Source: Alphaproteobacteria bacterium
Lineage (GTDB): Bacteria > Pseudomonadota > Alphaproteobacteria > SHVP01
Assembly: GCA_016869765.1 (NCBI GenBank)
Contig: VGES01000010.1
Span: 13,573 to 77,572 of the forward strand
Direction: 5' to 3'
DNA length: 64,000 nucleotides
Of the stretch, positions 27,580-36,744 are shown one piece after another. Every line of letters starts with the position of its first letter. Position 1 is the stretch's first letter. A model generated the notes under the pieces. The model had not been told where the DNA came from. It was given only the letters and a program-made list of their open reading frames with translations, and ran no database searches. Position numbers and translations under genes: made by a program.

Positions 27580-28400
27580 CAGAGTCCGTACCGTCCCCAA
27601 AGTTGGCGCGCTTCCAGGGTCGCCAACGCCTCCTCTGCCGCGGCCGCGCCGACGGAAGCAAGCCCCAATCGACGCCGCAGCCAGCCGGTTTCGCCGCCGA
27701 AGACGCGAAACTGCGTGCGGTCCCCGAATTCCGCCCGCATCGTCGCCGCGAGGTCCCCGAGGCCGTCGATCAGCCCCAGTTCCAGCGCCCGGAGCCCGGT
27801 CCAGAACTCCCCCGAGAACAGCGTCGCCTCGTCGGCCTTGAGCTTGCCCGACCGGCGCTCGCGCACGACGTCCTTGAAAGCGTCGTGAATATCGGCCTGG
27901 AGCGCGCTCAGGCGCGCGACGTCCTCGGGTTTCTCCGGCAGGAACGGATCGAGGAACGATTTGCGATCGCCCGAGGTGTGGAGTCGGCGCTCGATGCCGT
28001 GACGCAGCAGCAGTTCCTGCATCCCGAAACTGCCGCTGATGACCCCGATCGAACCCACGATCGAGGCCCGGTCGGCGTAGATGCGATCGCCGGCCAGCGC
28101 CAGCCAATAGCCCCCCGAGGCCGCCACGTCCTGGGCGAAAGCGTGGACGGGCACCTCGTGTTCCTGGGCGAGCGCGCGGATGCGCCGGAAGATCATCGCC
28201 GATTGCACGGGCGAGCCACCGGGCGAATTGATGTCGAGCGCCACGGCGCGGGTCCCGCGCCCCTGAAAGGCCCGCTCCAGCATCGGGGCGAGCGCGGCCA
28301 GGTTGAGGCCCCCGCGCCAGCGCCCACTACCGCCGATGATGCCGAACAGGCGCACCACCGACACCACGGGCCGTCGTCCGCCGAGAAAAGGAATCTTCAC
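27579..28400 (-). CDS. S49-family serine peptidase (SppA/SohB-like)
   Basis: AVALDINSPGGSPVQS, AASGGYWLALAGD, GSIGV. GTG start at 28400 chosen; the track ORF is over-extended. Confidence 0.75.
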   Translation of the reverse strand: MKIPFLGGRRPVVSVVRLFGIIGGSGRWRGGLNLAALAPMLERAFQGRGTRAVALDINSPGGSPVQSAMIFRRIRALAQEHEVPVHAFAQDVAASGGYWLALAGDRIYADRASIVGSIGVISGSFGMQELLLRHGIERRLHTSGDRKSFLDPFLPEKPEDVARLSALQADIHDAFKDVVRERRSGKLKADEATLFSGEFWTGLRALELGLIDGLGDLAATMRAEFGDRTQFRVFGGETGWLRRRLGLASVGAAAAEEALATLEARQLWGRYGL

Positions 28401-28410
28401 GCCACGGACA

Positions 28411-29172
28411 TTAGGAGGGGCCGAGGGGAGCGGCAAGCGACAGCGCCGCGCCGCCGCGCAGGATGTCTTCGGCCTCCTCGGTGAAGCGCTGGTCGTCGCG
28501 ATGGACGATGAATGCCGGCGCCCGACGGAGTTCGCTGGCCCCACCACAAAGGCCGCGCACGATCACGAGTTCGGCGGGGCCGGCGCGCCGCGACCACAGC
28601 TCGCGCACCAGGAGGTCGCCGAGATGGCGCTGCATCGCGGCGATCAACTCCGACGCGCGCGCCGCGGTGAAAATCACGGTCAGGGAGCCGCCCGGCCGGA
28701 TCAGCGCGGCCGAGCGGTCAATCCAGTCGGCCAGGGCAAGCTCGCCCTCGTGGCGAGCCGCTTCCCGTGCGCGGTCGGGCGAACGGTTCCCGACCCGGCG
28801 ATAAGGCGGATTGGTCATCGCGTGGTCGAACGGCCCGAGAGCGAGGGCGTGCGCGAGATCGCTGCAGACGAACCGCACCCGATCCGACCAACGGTTGCGA
28901 TCGGCATTGTCCTTGGCCAACGCGATCAGGTCGGCCTGCCGGTCGAGGCCCGTGACGGTGACCTCGGGACAGCGCCAGGCCAAGCACAACGCCGCCGGCC
29001 CATGCGCGCTGCCGATGTCGACCACCGATTCGCCCGACCTAGCAGCCACGGCCGCGGCGAGAAACACCGCGTCGCTGCCGGCGCGAAAACCTCGCGCCGG
29101 CTGGCGCAGCAACACGCGCCCGTCGAGCAAACGGTCGTCGGTGAACGCCTCAGCCTGTCCGGCCTGGCTCAT
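28411..29172 (-). CDS. SAM-dependent N6-adenine methyltransferase (tRNA m6A37 TrmN6/YfiC-like), NPPY motif
   Basis: 253 aa. VVDIGSAHG (SAM-binding loop) and FDHAMTNPPY. Confidence 0.7.
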   Translation of the reverse strand: MSQAGQAEAFTDDRLLDGRVLLRQPARGFRAGSDAVFLAAAVAARSGESVVDIGSAHGPAALCLAWRCPEVTVTGLDRQADLIALAKDNADRNRWSDRVRFVCSDLAHALALGPFDHAMTNPPYRRVGNRSPDRAREAARHEGELALADWIDRSAALIRPGGSLTVIFTAARASELIAAMQRHLGDLLVRELWSRRAGPAELVIVRGLCGGASELRRAPAFIVHRDDQRFTEEAEDILRGGAALSLAAPLGPS

Positions 29173-29398
29173 TCGGGATCACCACGGCTTCGGCAAACAG
29201 GCCCGCCTCCTCGATCAGGGCACGGGCACGGCCGGCGTCCACCTCGCCCACCATCACGCGCCGCGGAATGGCGCCGATGCTGCCCTCGAGCGCACTCGTG
29301 TGCTGATCGAGCACCAGGGCCGGGATGCCGCTGTCATCGAGGAGCGCCAATGCCCACGACAGCATCACGGGATCGTTGGTGCGCAGCAACTCGATCAT
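29150..29398 (-). CDS. DUF2007-like small protein
   Basis: 82 aa. MIELLRTNDPVMLSWALALLDDSGIPALVLDQH... is the typical DUF2007 pattern. Confidence 0.6.
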   Translation of the reverse strand: MIELLRTNDPVMLSWALALLDDSGIPALVLDQHTSALEGSIGAIPRRVMVGEVDAGRARALIEEAGLFAEAVVIPNEPGRTG

Positions 29399-29444
29399 CC
29401 GCTGTCTCGGTTCGAACCCCGGTTCCGATCATGGGCGCAAGGCC

Positions 29445-29640
29445 ATGACGTTTCTCACAGCCTACATCAAATGGACCATGCTGGTGTCGGGGGTACTGAC
29501 CTGCACCATGATCCTGGCGGAGGTCATCGTCTGCAACTGGGGCGCGCTGATCGCGCTCGTCGGCGGAATGCTCATCAATGGCGTCACAATGCCCCGGCCC
29601 GCGGCCGCGGCCTCGATTGCCCCCGGCCGCCGGCGCCCCT
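29445..29640 (+). pseudogene. Possible remnant of a small membrane-protein gene upstream of ispB
   Basis: From the ATG at 29445: MTFLTAYIKWTMLVSGVLTCTMILAEVIVCNWGALIALVGGMLING, hydrophobic and coding-like. The frame then degenerates into Pro/Arg-rich sequence and runs into ispB (track ORF 29325..29780). The end coordinate is arbitrary. Confidence 0.25.
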
Positions 29641-29679
29641 ATGCTCCGCCGCCGCAGGAATGGTCAAGCTGGGGGCCGC

Positions 29680-30699
29680 GTGACCAACGTCATTCGCCTG
29701 GAAGAAGAGCGCACACGAACGCTGCAGACGCTGGATGCGCTGCGGCGCCTGGTCAAGGACGACCTCGACCGGGTCAATGACATGATCCTGCACCAGATGC
29801 AGAGCCGGGTGCCGCTGATTCCCGAGCTGGCCGGCCATCTCATCGCCTCGGGCGGCAAGCGGCTGCGCCCGATGCTGACCCTCGCCGCGGCCCGGTTGTG
29901 CAACTACATGGGCGCACGCCACATCGCGTTGGCCGCCTGCGTCGAGTTCATCCACACGGCAACGCTCCTCCACGACGACGTGGTCGATGAAAGCCTGTTG
30001 CGCCGCGGCGTCAAGACCGCGAACGCGCGTTGGGGCAACGACGCGAGCGTGCTGGTGGGCGACTTCCTGTTCAGCCGCGCCTTCCAGCTCATGGTGGCCG
30101 ACGGATCCCTGCGGGTGCTCAAGATTCTGTCCGATGCCTCGGCGATCATCGCCGAGGGCGAAGTGCACCAGCTGCTCACCAGCAACGACACCACGACGAG
30201 CGAAGACGCCTACCTCGAGGTGATCTCGGCCAAGACGGCGGCGCTGTTTTCCGCGGCCTGCCGCATCGGCGCCGTGGTGGCCGAACGCCCCCCGGTCGAG
30301 GAGGACGCGCTGGAAAGCTACGGCCGCAACCTCGGGATCGCGTTTCAGCTCGTCGACGACGCGCTCGACTATTCCTCGCGCGAGGCCGTGCTCGGCAAAA
30401 CCGTGGGCGATGATTTCCGCGAGGGCAAGATCACGCTTCCCGTGATCCTCGCGTTCCGCCGCGGCAACGACGAGGAGCGGACGTTCTGGAAGCGGACCCT
30501 GGAAGAGGGCCGCCAGGACAACACCGACATCGGCGAAGCGATCCGGCTGCTCGAGAAGTACGGCAGCCTGCGCGCCACCGTCGAGCGCGCCCGCCATTAC
30601 GCCGCCAAGGCCAAGGACGCGCTCGGGATCTTCCCCGATTCGCCGCGCAAACAGACCCTGCTCGACGTCGCCGATTTTGCCGTGAGCCGGAGCCTTTGA
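29680..30699 (+). CDS. ispB: Octaprenyl/polyprenyl diphosphate synthase
   Basis: GGKRLRP, TLLHDDVVDE (first DDxxD), QLVDDALD (second DDxxD). Start GTG 29680 or ATG 29641. Confidence 0.9.
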   Translation: MTNVIRLEEERTRTLQTLDALRRLVKDDLDRVNDMILHQMQSRVPLIPELAGHLIASGGKRLRPMLTLAAARLCNYMGARHIALAACVEFIHTATLLHDDVVDESLLRRGVKTANARWGNDASVLVGDFLFSRAFQLMVADGSLRVLKILSDASAIIAEGEVHQLLTSNDTTTSEDAYLEVISAKTAALFSAACRIGAVVAERPPVEEDALESYGRNLGIAFQLVDDALDYSSREAVLGKTVGDDFREGKITLPVILAFRRGNDEERTFWKRTLEEGRQDNTDIGEAIRLLEKYGSLRATVERARHYAAKAKDALGIFPDSPRKQTLLDVADFAVSRSL

Positions 30700-30752
30700 C
30701 GTCGTGAGCTGGCTTGCCTGACCGGGGGCCCAGGGCTATAAGCGCCGAGCCT

Positions 30753-30829
30753 CGGAGAGTAGCTCAGCCTGGTAGAGCACCACGTTCGGGACGTGGGGGC
30801 CGGAGGTTCAAATCCTCTCTCTCCGACCA
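30753..30829 (+). tRNA. tRNA-Pro: tRNA-Pro (anticodon CGG)
   Basis: Hand-folded cloverleaf. Acceptor CGGAGAG/CTCTCCG, D-arm GCTC-AGCCTGGTA-GAGC, anticodon arm CCACG-TTCGGGA-CGTGG (CGG, G37), T-arm GGAGG-TTCAAAT-CCTCT, discriminator A, encoded CCA. Confidence 0.9.
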
Positions 30830-31090
30830 ATTTTTCCCGCTCGTCGTTCACCACCGAGCGCTGCACGGCCATCCCCCGGAAACCACCGGAGGGCCGGTTC
30901 TCGCCGAAGTGCTGCGACCGCGCGGCATCACCGTGAACGTGTTGTGCCTGAGCCACGTCCAAGACCGACATGGGCGGGCCCGAGGCCCCGGTCGAGCGCA
31001 TTCCTCGATCGCCGGAACGAAGAACATTGATCGCCGAGGCGCGTTCTGATCAGATCGACAATCCCGACTCGTTTCGCGTAAGTACCGACG

Positions 31091-32401
31091 ATGGCTCGAA
31101 CAGCGGCCGCCCGCCAACCACTCTTGACCCTCGCGGTCGTTGCGATCCTGGCCGGCTGTGCTCCGCCCGAGCCCTCCCCCCCGGCCGCCGGTCTTCACGA
31201 CTTCACCTTCGGTGGCGGTATCGGGCGACGCGCTGGCGGACCCGATCTCGCCATCTACGTCGATTGGTCCGGAGCGTTTCCGCCTGCGAGTCGCGACACT
31301 TGGTTTCAGGCCCGCTATTCGGTCGACAGTTTTTCGCGTCTCGACGAGATCTGGCCGACGAGCACCAGCCCTGCGCCATCCGAACCGAGCCGCTGGCGAC
31401 GCGCCGACACCGAGATCGACGTCACCTACGATCGCCCGGCGCCCCTGGGCGGCGGCCGCAACACCATCGCGGGCTTCCTCGATCGCAACCCGACGACCGG
31501 ACTGCTGGTGGCCCAGGACGGCACGATCCTCCTCGAACGCTACCAATATGGCCGCGACGACCACCATCGTTTCACGTCGTTTTCGATGGCCAAGACGCTG
31601 ATCGCCCTCCTATTCGGCATCGCTGTATCGGAAGGGCACGTGAAATCGATCGAGGATGCCGCGGAGGTCTACGCGAGCGATCTACGCGGCACCGAATACG
31701 GTCGCACGCCGCTGCGCCACCTGCTCACCATGTCCTCCGGCGTCGACTTCCGCGAGGACTACGATGGCAACGACGACTCGGCCCGGCTTGTGCGGGCGAG
31801 CTTCGTCGGGCAGACGGCGGGCGGGGCGGCCGCGGTTCGCCAATTCAACACCCGCGGCGCCGAGCCCGGCGCACGCTGGTACTACGCCTCCGCCGAAACC
31901 TTCGTGCTTGCCCACGTGTTGCGGGCCGCGATCGGGCGGCCGCTCCACGAGTATTTCGCCGAGAAAATCTGGCGGCCGATCGGCGCCGAGGCCGACGCGA
32001 CGTGGTTGACCGACCGATCCGGCCTCGCGGTGGGCTTCATGGGCTTCAACGCCCGGCTGCGCGACTTCGCGCGGCTCGGCATGATGCTGGCGAACGGCGG
32101 CCGGGCCGGCGACCGCCAGATCGTCCCAGCCGCTTGGCTCGCCGAGGCCACGCGCGCCCACTTCACGGCTGCCCAGACACGCCGGGGGTTCGGTTATGGC
32201 TTCCAGACCTGGATCTTCGCCGAGAACGACGGGTCGTACGCCTTGCAGGGCGTGCGTGGCCAGGTGCTTTACGTCGATCCTGCGCGCCGCCTCGTCCTGG
32301 TCCACACGGCGGTCCGCCAGAGCGCGCGCGACCCCGGTGGCGCCGACACCATCGCACTGTGGCGGGCGATCAAGCGCGCAACCCCCGTCGCGGGTCGCTG
32401 A
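31091..32401 (+). CDS. Serine hydrolase of the beta-lactamase/PBP (class C-like) family, lipoprotein
   Basis: 436 aa. Lipobox LAGC and SxxK motif FSMAKT. The overall pattern is that of beta-lactamase-related esterases. Confidence 0.7.
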   Translation: MARTAAARQPLLTLAVVAILAGCAPPEPSPPAAGLHDFTFGGGIGRRAGGPDLAIYVDWSGAFPPASRDTWFQARYSVDSFSRLDEIWPTSTSPAPSEPSRWRRADTEIDVTYDRPAPLGGGRNTIAGFLDRNPTTGLLVAQDGTILLERYQYGRDDHHRFTSFSMAKTLIALLFGIAVSEGHVKSIEDAAEVYASDLRGTEYGRTPLRHLLTMSSGVDFREDYDGNDDSARLVRASFVGQTAGGAAAVRQFNTRGAEPGARWYYASAETFVLAHVLRAAIGRPLHEYFAEKIWRPIGAEADATWLTDRSGLAVGFMGFNARLRDFARLGMMLANGGRAGDRQIVPAAWLAEATRAHFTAAQTRRGFGYGFQTWIFAENDGSYALQGVRGQVLYVDPARRLVLVHTAVRQSARDPGGADTIALWRAIKRATPVAGR

Positions 32402-32404
32402 CGC

Positions 32405-33187
32405 CTAGGTCGACCGCCGGCGCTGGCGGTCGATCTCATAGAGGCACACCGCGGCGGCGGCCGCCGCATTGAGCGAGTTGAGCCCGCCCCGCTGTGGCAC
32501 GCGCACGAGGGCCTGGCAGGCGTCACGGACCTCGGGCGAAAGACCCCGCCCTTCCCCGCCGATCACCAGAGCAACGGGGCCGGTGAACACCTCTTCGTCG
32601 AGGGCCTGGCCGGCATCGGCCGCCGTGCCGATGGCTCTTACGCCCGACCCCGCGAGTGCGGTGAGCGCGTCGCGGATCGAGGCCACCTCCGCGATGGCCA
32701 GACGATTGACCGCGCCCGCGGAACTGCGCGCCACCTGACTGTTGATCCCCGTCTGGCCCGAGTCCGCCAGCACGACGCCACCCGCACCGAACACCTCGGC
32801 CGACCGCAGGACCGCGCCCAGATTGAAAGGATCCTGGATGCCGTCGAGCACCACGTAGAGCGCGCCGGGTTCGCGCGCCCGCGCGAGCAGATCGGCCCAC
32901 GCAACGTAAGGGTAGGGTCCGACCCGTGCGATGCAGCCCTGATGGTCGCGAACCCGCACCAGCTCTTCGAGCCGGAGGCGCGGCACCAGCGTCGGCCTGA
33001 GCCCGAGCGCCTTGGCCTGCCCGACCAGGGGATCCAGCACCGCCAGCGCCAGGTCCTCGGCGAACACGAGTTCGAGGATCGGCCAGCGGCCGGCGGCCAG
33101 CGTCTCCGAGACCAGGTTGTGGCCCCACAGCCAACTACGCTGATGGCTGGACAGGAATCGGGACTTGCGTTTTCGCCGCGCGACCAC
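32405..33187 (-). CDS. TrmH/SpoU-family RNA 2'-O-methyltransferase (RlmB-like)
   Basis: The C-terminal 260 aa of track ORF 32405..34606 contain LDGIQDPFNLGAVLRSAEVFG, LVIGGEGRGL and SLNAAAAAAVCLYE. GTG start at 33187 chosen. The rest of the 733-aa ORF is the antisense shadow of the FAD gene. Confidence 0.75.
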   Translation of the reverse strand: MVARRKRKSRFLSSHQRSWLWGHNLVSETLAAGRWPILELVFAEDLALAVLDPLVGQAKALGLRPTLVPRLRLEELVRVRDHQGCIARVGPYPYVAWADLLARAREPGALYVVLDGIQDPFNLGAVLRSAEVFGAGGVVLADSGQTGINSQVARSSAGAVNRLAIAEVASIRDALTALAGSGVRAIGTAADAGQALDEEVFTGPVALVIGGEGRGLSPEVRDACQALVRVPQRGGLNSLNAAAAAAVCLYEIDRQRRRST

Positions 33188-33262
33188 GGGGGCGATTGAT
33201 ACTATCGGGCCCGCTTGCCGTCGACAGCCACAGCGGAGATTCCCGTGGTCAGCCTTCGCAGC

Positions 33263-34741
33263 ATGCCGCGCTGGACCGCCGAAGCCGACGTCGTCGTGCT
33301 GGGCGCCGGGTTGTCGGGCCTGGTGGCCGCCGTCACCGCGCACGAGGCGGGCGCACACGTCCTCGTGCTCGAAAAGATGGGCCCGGACCGCGCCGGCGGC
33401 ATCAGCCGCGTGCGCTACCCGCAAATCGTATGGGCGCCGCGCCCGGAGAAGCTCTCCGCCCTGATCGCCTATCAGACGGCACTCAACGAGCCCAATCCGC
33501 TGCCCGAACCCGAACTTCGCGCCTGGGCCGAGGACATGGTGGGCTTGAGCCCGTGGGTCGGTGAACACATCGCAGCCGCGGGCTACGTCTGGTCGCCTTG
33601 GGACGCGAGCGTGCTCAACTGGGTGCCGGGTCCGGAGTTCCCGGAGATGCCCGGCGCCGACTGCGTCGATCGCCTGTTTGCCGCCGGCCCCGGATCTGGC
33701 GGGTTGTGGCGGGCCTTCGCCGCGTTGCGCGAGCATCGCGGCATCGCGATCCGCTACGACGCGCGGGCCTTCGAACTGGTACAGAACGGAGATCAATCCG
33801 TGGCAGGCGTGCTCGCGCGCGAAGGCAATCAAACGACCGCCGTCCGCGCCCATCGCGGCGTCGTTGTCGCCACCGGCGGCTTCGATGCTGCACCGGAACT
33901 CTTGCGCGACTACATGGGCTTTGCCGAGGCCTACCCGATCGGCTCGCCGCACAACACCGGCGATGGCTTCCGGCTGTTGCAACGCGCTGGCGCCGCGATG
34001 TGGCACGTGCGCAATCCCACGATCACCGGCGGTGTATGGCCGGCGATCAAAGTGCCGGAGCACGCCGCGGCGTTCTTTGCCGCGCAGAACCTCGGCGTCG
34101 GCAGCTATATCGAAGTCGCCAAGGACCATCGCCGCTTCTACGCCGAGACCGGCGGCTGGAACCGCTTTCACAACAAGCTGCAGCGCTTCGGCGGCTGGGT
34201 CGACCAACCGATTGCCACGATGCTCCCCGTCCACATGATTCTGGACGACCGTGTGCGCCGTGCCTGCCGGCTCGCCCGCCCGATTTATTGGAACGCCGAG
34301 ATGGAGCACCGTTGGAGCGCCGACAACAGCGTCGAGGTCGCCAAGGGCTGGGTGATCCAGGCGGGCACGATCGCCGAACTCGCGGCCAAGATCGGCCGCG
34401 ACCCGGAGGCGCTCATGGCGACGGTCGAGCGCTACAACACCGATGCGCGTCTCGGCCAGGACCCCGAGTTCGGGCGCGCGCCCGAACGTGTCGCGCCCAT
34501 CCTCGAGCCGCCGTTCTACGCCCTGGCCCTGGTGCCGGGCCTCGTCGGAACCACCGGTGGGGCGCGCCGCCTCCCCGATGGTCGCGTGCTCGACCACGAC
34601 GACCACGTCATCCCCGGCCTGTTCGAAGCGGGCGAACTGGGATCGCCGCTCGCCAACCTCTACGAAAACGGCTCCTTCCTGACCGAGGCGATCCGCTCGG
34701 GCCGCGCTGCCGGCGCCAGTGCCGCCCGCGCCCGCTCCTGA
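33263..34741 (+). CDS. FAD-dependent oxidoreductase (FAD_binding_2: fumarate reductase/ketosteroid dehydrogenase-like)
   Basis: ADVVVLGAGLSGLVAAVTA...VLVLEK (GxGxxG), VVVATGGF, C-terminal GLFEAGE. The track start TTG 33215 is possible, but ATG 33263 is preferred. Confidence 0.75.
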   Translation: MPRWTAEADVVVLGAGLSGLVAAVTAHEAGAHVLVLEKMGPDRAGGISRVRYPQIVWAPRPEKLSALIAYQTALNEPNPLPEPELRAWAEDMVGLSPWVGEHIAAAGYVWSPWDASVLNWVPGPEFPEMPGADCVDRLFAAGPGSGGLWRAFAALREHRGIAIRYDARAFELVQNGDQSVAGVLAREGNQTTAVRAHRGVVVATGGFDAAPELLRDYMGFAEAYPIGSPHNTGDGFRLLQRAGAAMWHVRNPTITGGVWPAIKVPEHAAAFFAAQNLGVGSYIEVAKDHRRFYAETGGWNRFHNKLQRFGGWVDQPIATMLPVHMILDDRVRRACRLARPIYWNAEMEHRWSADNSVEVAKGWVIQAGTIAELAAKIGRDPEALMATVERYNTDARLGQDPEFGRAPERVAPILEPPFYALALVPGLVGTTGGARRLPDGRVLDHDDHVIPGLFEAGELGSPLANLYENGSFLTEAIRSGRAAGASAARARS

Positions 34742-34776
34742 CCAACCACTCGGCCGTGGAGTTTCTGAGGGCGAAC

Positions 34777-36324
34777 TCAGGTCTTCCTGGCTTCTTCGGC
34801 AAAGACGTCGCGGTAAACCGCCTCGATTCGTCGGGCTTCATCATCCGTCAGGGAGGCGAGTTCCTTCTCGCGCCGCGCCTTTGGGATACTCCCGCCGTTC
34901 TGGCGCATGAACATGATGATGTCCTGCGCCAATCGATCGGGCATCTCGATTGTTTCCATGATGCGCCGCTGCGCTTCGTCATGCCGCCGCAAGTAATCGA
35001 TCTCCTGCGGCAGGTCATGATCGACCGTCCGTTCGACGCAGGTGTAGAGGAACTCCGCTGCTTCCGTACCGTCGAAGTAGCGATATAGATCGGACGTATC
35101 GTTCAGGACTTCGACATTGCGGTTCTCCGTCGGCCGCCATTCGATGAAATCCATCAATGGCCCGGAGTGGTTCTTCAGGATGCGGCCATAGTCCTCGATG
35201 CGGGTGAGCATCACCGATGAAACCGGGAATACCATGCCGGGCGGTGTGTAGCCTCGTTCGGCAAGAACATGATGAATCAGGCAGCGGTGAACGCGTCCGT
35301 TGCCGTCCTGATAGGGATGAACATACACAAAGCCAAAGGCCGTGGCCGCGGCCTGCAGGACGGCGTCGAGTCCGCTTTCGCGCATTCGCTCGTTGGCGGC
35401 CAGCAAGCCGGCCACCAACGAATCGAGGTCGTCCGGACGCGCTCCGATGAATTCCGGCAGAGGATCGCCATCGTGATCGCGTTCTCCGAGGAACACGCCA
35501 TCCGGGCGCAGGCCCGGGCGGATGAATCGCGTGTCCTCGATCAAGACGCTGTGGAGGCGCCCGAGTTCGTCCAGGCTGAGTTTGCTCTTGCCCGCCTGCA
35601 GGACGGCGCGACCCCACCGCTCCAGCCGGCTGCGCGGCGGCCGCTCACCTTCGATCTCGAAACTGGCGCGGCTGTCAGCGAGCAGCAGAAAGCTGGCCGC
35701 CCGGGCAACGAGGCGCGCTCCGGTCCGGCCGATCGTTTCGGCGGCCCTCTGCGCCAAACCGGCTTCGACGAATTTTTCCAGTTTTTCGGTCCGGCGGATG
35801 ACCGGGCAATAGGACCCGGAGCCGAGCAGATTGTCTCTGACCCGATGGCGCCGGGAGAGAATCGCTTTGCCGGTGAAATACGACTTGGGATCGAGCGCCT
35901 CGACGGCGGTCACGGCAGGCGCGTCTTCGATATCGAGCTGTTTCCCGGTCAGGCGTTCACAGAAAAACCAGACTCGCCGGGTCAGCGTGCCGGTCGGGGC
36001 GGATTTGACGAAGTTTTCGAGATATGGGGCCGGAACGGACTCGAAGGCGCGCTTCAGAATGAGGAGGTCGATGGGCTCATGGCGCAGCGCGAATCCGAGA
36101 TGGTCCTCGAACCGGTTTCCGGGAGCATAGCGCTTGTCAAGAATGCGCCAGTTGCCGTCGGTCCGTCGGCTTCCGCGAACGTGACTATCGGATACGCAAC
36201 TCGGCCTTCTGACCGGAGCCTTCAGGCCGAGGGCATGGACGATCGCCGCCCACCCGACAAGGCTCGTCCCGGCAGGGACAACAGTGCCTTGAAAGGTCGA
36301 CGGGGGGTCGAGGCGAAGCTCCAT
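34777..36324 (-). CDS. Fic-family protein (adenylyltransferase-like), 515 aa
   Basis: Fic motif HPYQDGNGRVHR (HPFx[D/E]GNGR). ATG at 36324 (MELRLDPP...). The track N-terminal extension with repeated IFD is translation of the upstream repeat region. Confidence 0.8.
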   Translation of the reverse strand: MELRLDPPSTFQGTVVPAGTSLVGWAAIVHALGLKAPVRRPSCVSDSHVRGSRRTDGNWRILDKRYAPGNRFEDHLGFALRHEPIDLLILKRAFESVPAPYLENFVKSAPTGTLTRRVWFFCERLTGKQLDIEDAPAVTAVEALDPKSYFTGKAILSRRHRVRDNLLGSGSYCPVIRRTEKLEKFVEAGLAQRAAETIGRTGARLVARAASFLLLADSRASFEIEGERPPRSRLERWGRAVLQAGKSKLSLDELGRLHSVLIEDTRFIRPGLRPDGVFLGERDHDGDPLPEFIGARPDDLDSLVAGLLAANERMRESGLDAVLQAAATAFGFVYVHPYQDGNGRVHRCLIHHVLAERGYTPPGMVFPVSSVMLTRIEDYGRILKNHSGPLMDFIEWRPTENRNVEVLNDTSDLYRYFDGTEAAEFLYTCVERTVDHDLPQEIDYLRRHDEAQRRIMETIEMPDRLAQDIIMFMRQNGGSIPKARREKELASLTDDEARRIEAVYRDVFAEEARKT

Positions 36325-36343
36325 AGGTATTCCGGGATTCTTG

Positions 36344-36458
36344 TCGAAAATTGATTTAATCGAAGAACTTCTATCGAAAATGACAATAGTCGATCCAGCG
36401 TCGAAAATCACTCACGAATCTCGAATATGAGCTCAACCATGCTGAAAAAGTCGAAAAT
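36344..36458. promoter_or_regulatory. AT-rich region with iterated TCGAAAAT motif upstream of the Fic gene
   Basis: Perfect TCGAAAAT at 36344, 36374, 36401 and 36451. Degenerate copies TCGAAGAA (~36358), TCGATCCA (~36390) and TCGAATAT (36421). Spacing is about 20-30 nt. The region is strikingly AT-rich for this genome. Confidence 0.5.
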
Positions 36459-36744
36459 CATAGTTTCATGGGGCTGACCACCGAAATGCTAGAGCCAGAC
36501 GGACCCATCGGCTTTTCCCGAGGACCAGGCCCCACGTGCTCCAAGAAAGTGCACGATCCCCAGAGCCGGGTAAGGGACAGCGGCGCCCAGTCTCGGTGTT
36601 TTGACAGGTTACGCCTGCGATCGAGAAGGACGCGAGCAGGACAACCAGCGGCCCTGGTTCCTCGCCGACGCGCCTCGCCGGAAATCATCACCATCGACGA
36701 CGCGACGCTCGTCCGCTCGCGCCCCGAATTGGTTAAGTTGCGCC

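Noticed and set aside
33188-34606. N-terminal 470 aa of the 733-aa ORF 32405..34606
   Set aside because: It is the antisense shadow of the FAD oxidoreductase gene. Only the C-terminal ~260 aa carry SpoU/TrmH motifs.
36344-36458. TCGAAAAT iterations considered as a CRISPR or minisatellite
   Set aside because: The units are only 8 nt with irregular spacing and no repeat/spacer organisation. They are kept as a putative regulatory array instead. No CRISPR-like array was seen anywhere in the window.
30753-36470. tRNA-Pro as an integration hotspot with a downstream island (beta-lactamase-like, Fic)
   Set aside because: I could not find a direct repeat of the tRNA 3' end downstream, nor any integrase or transposase gene. 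The intervening genes (rlmB-like, FAD oxidoreductase) look like core genes with native GC content.
36470-36477. GGGGCTGA, reminiscent of a tmRNA 5' end, just beyond the Fic upstream repeats
   Set aside because: No tag reading frame (e.g. ANDN...), no T-arm/ACCA partner piece and no pseudoknot-like structure could be found nearby. The match is too short to mean anything.
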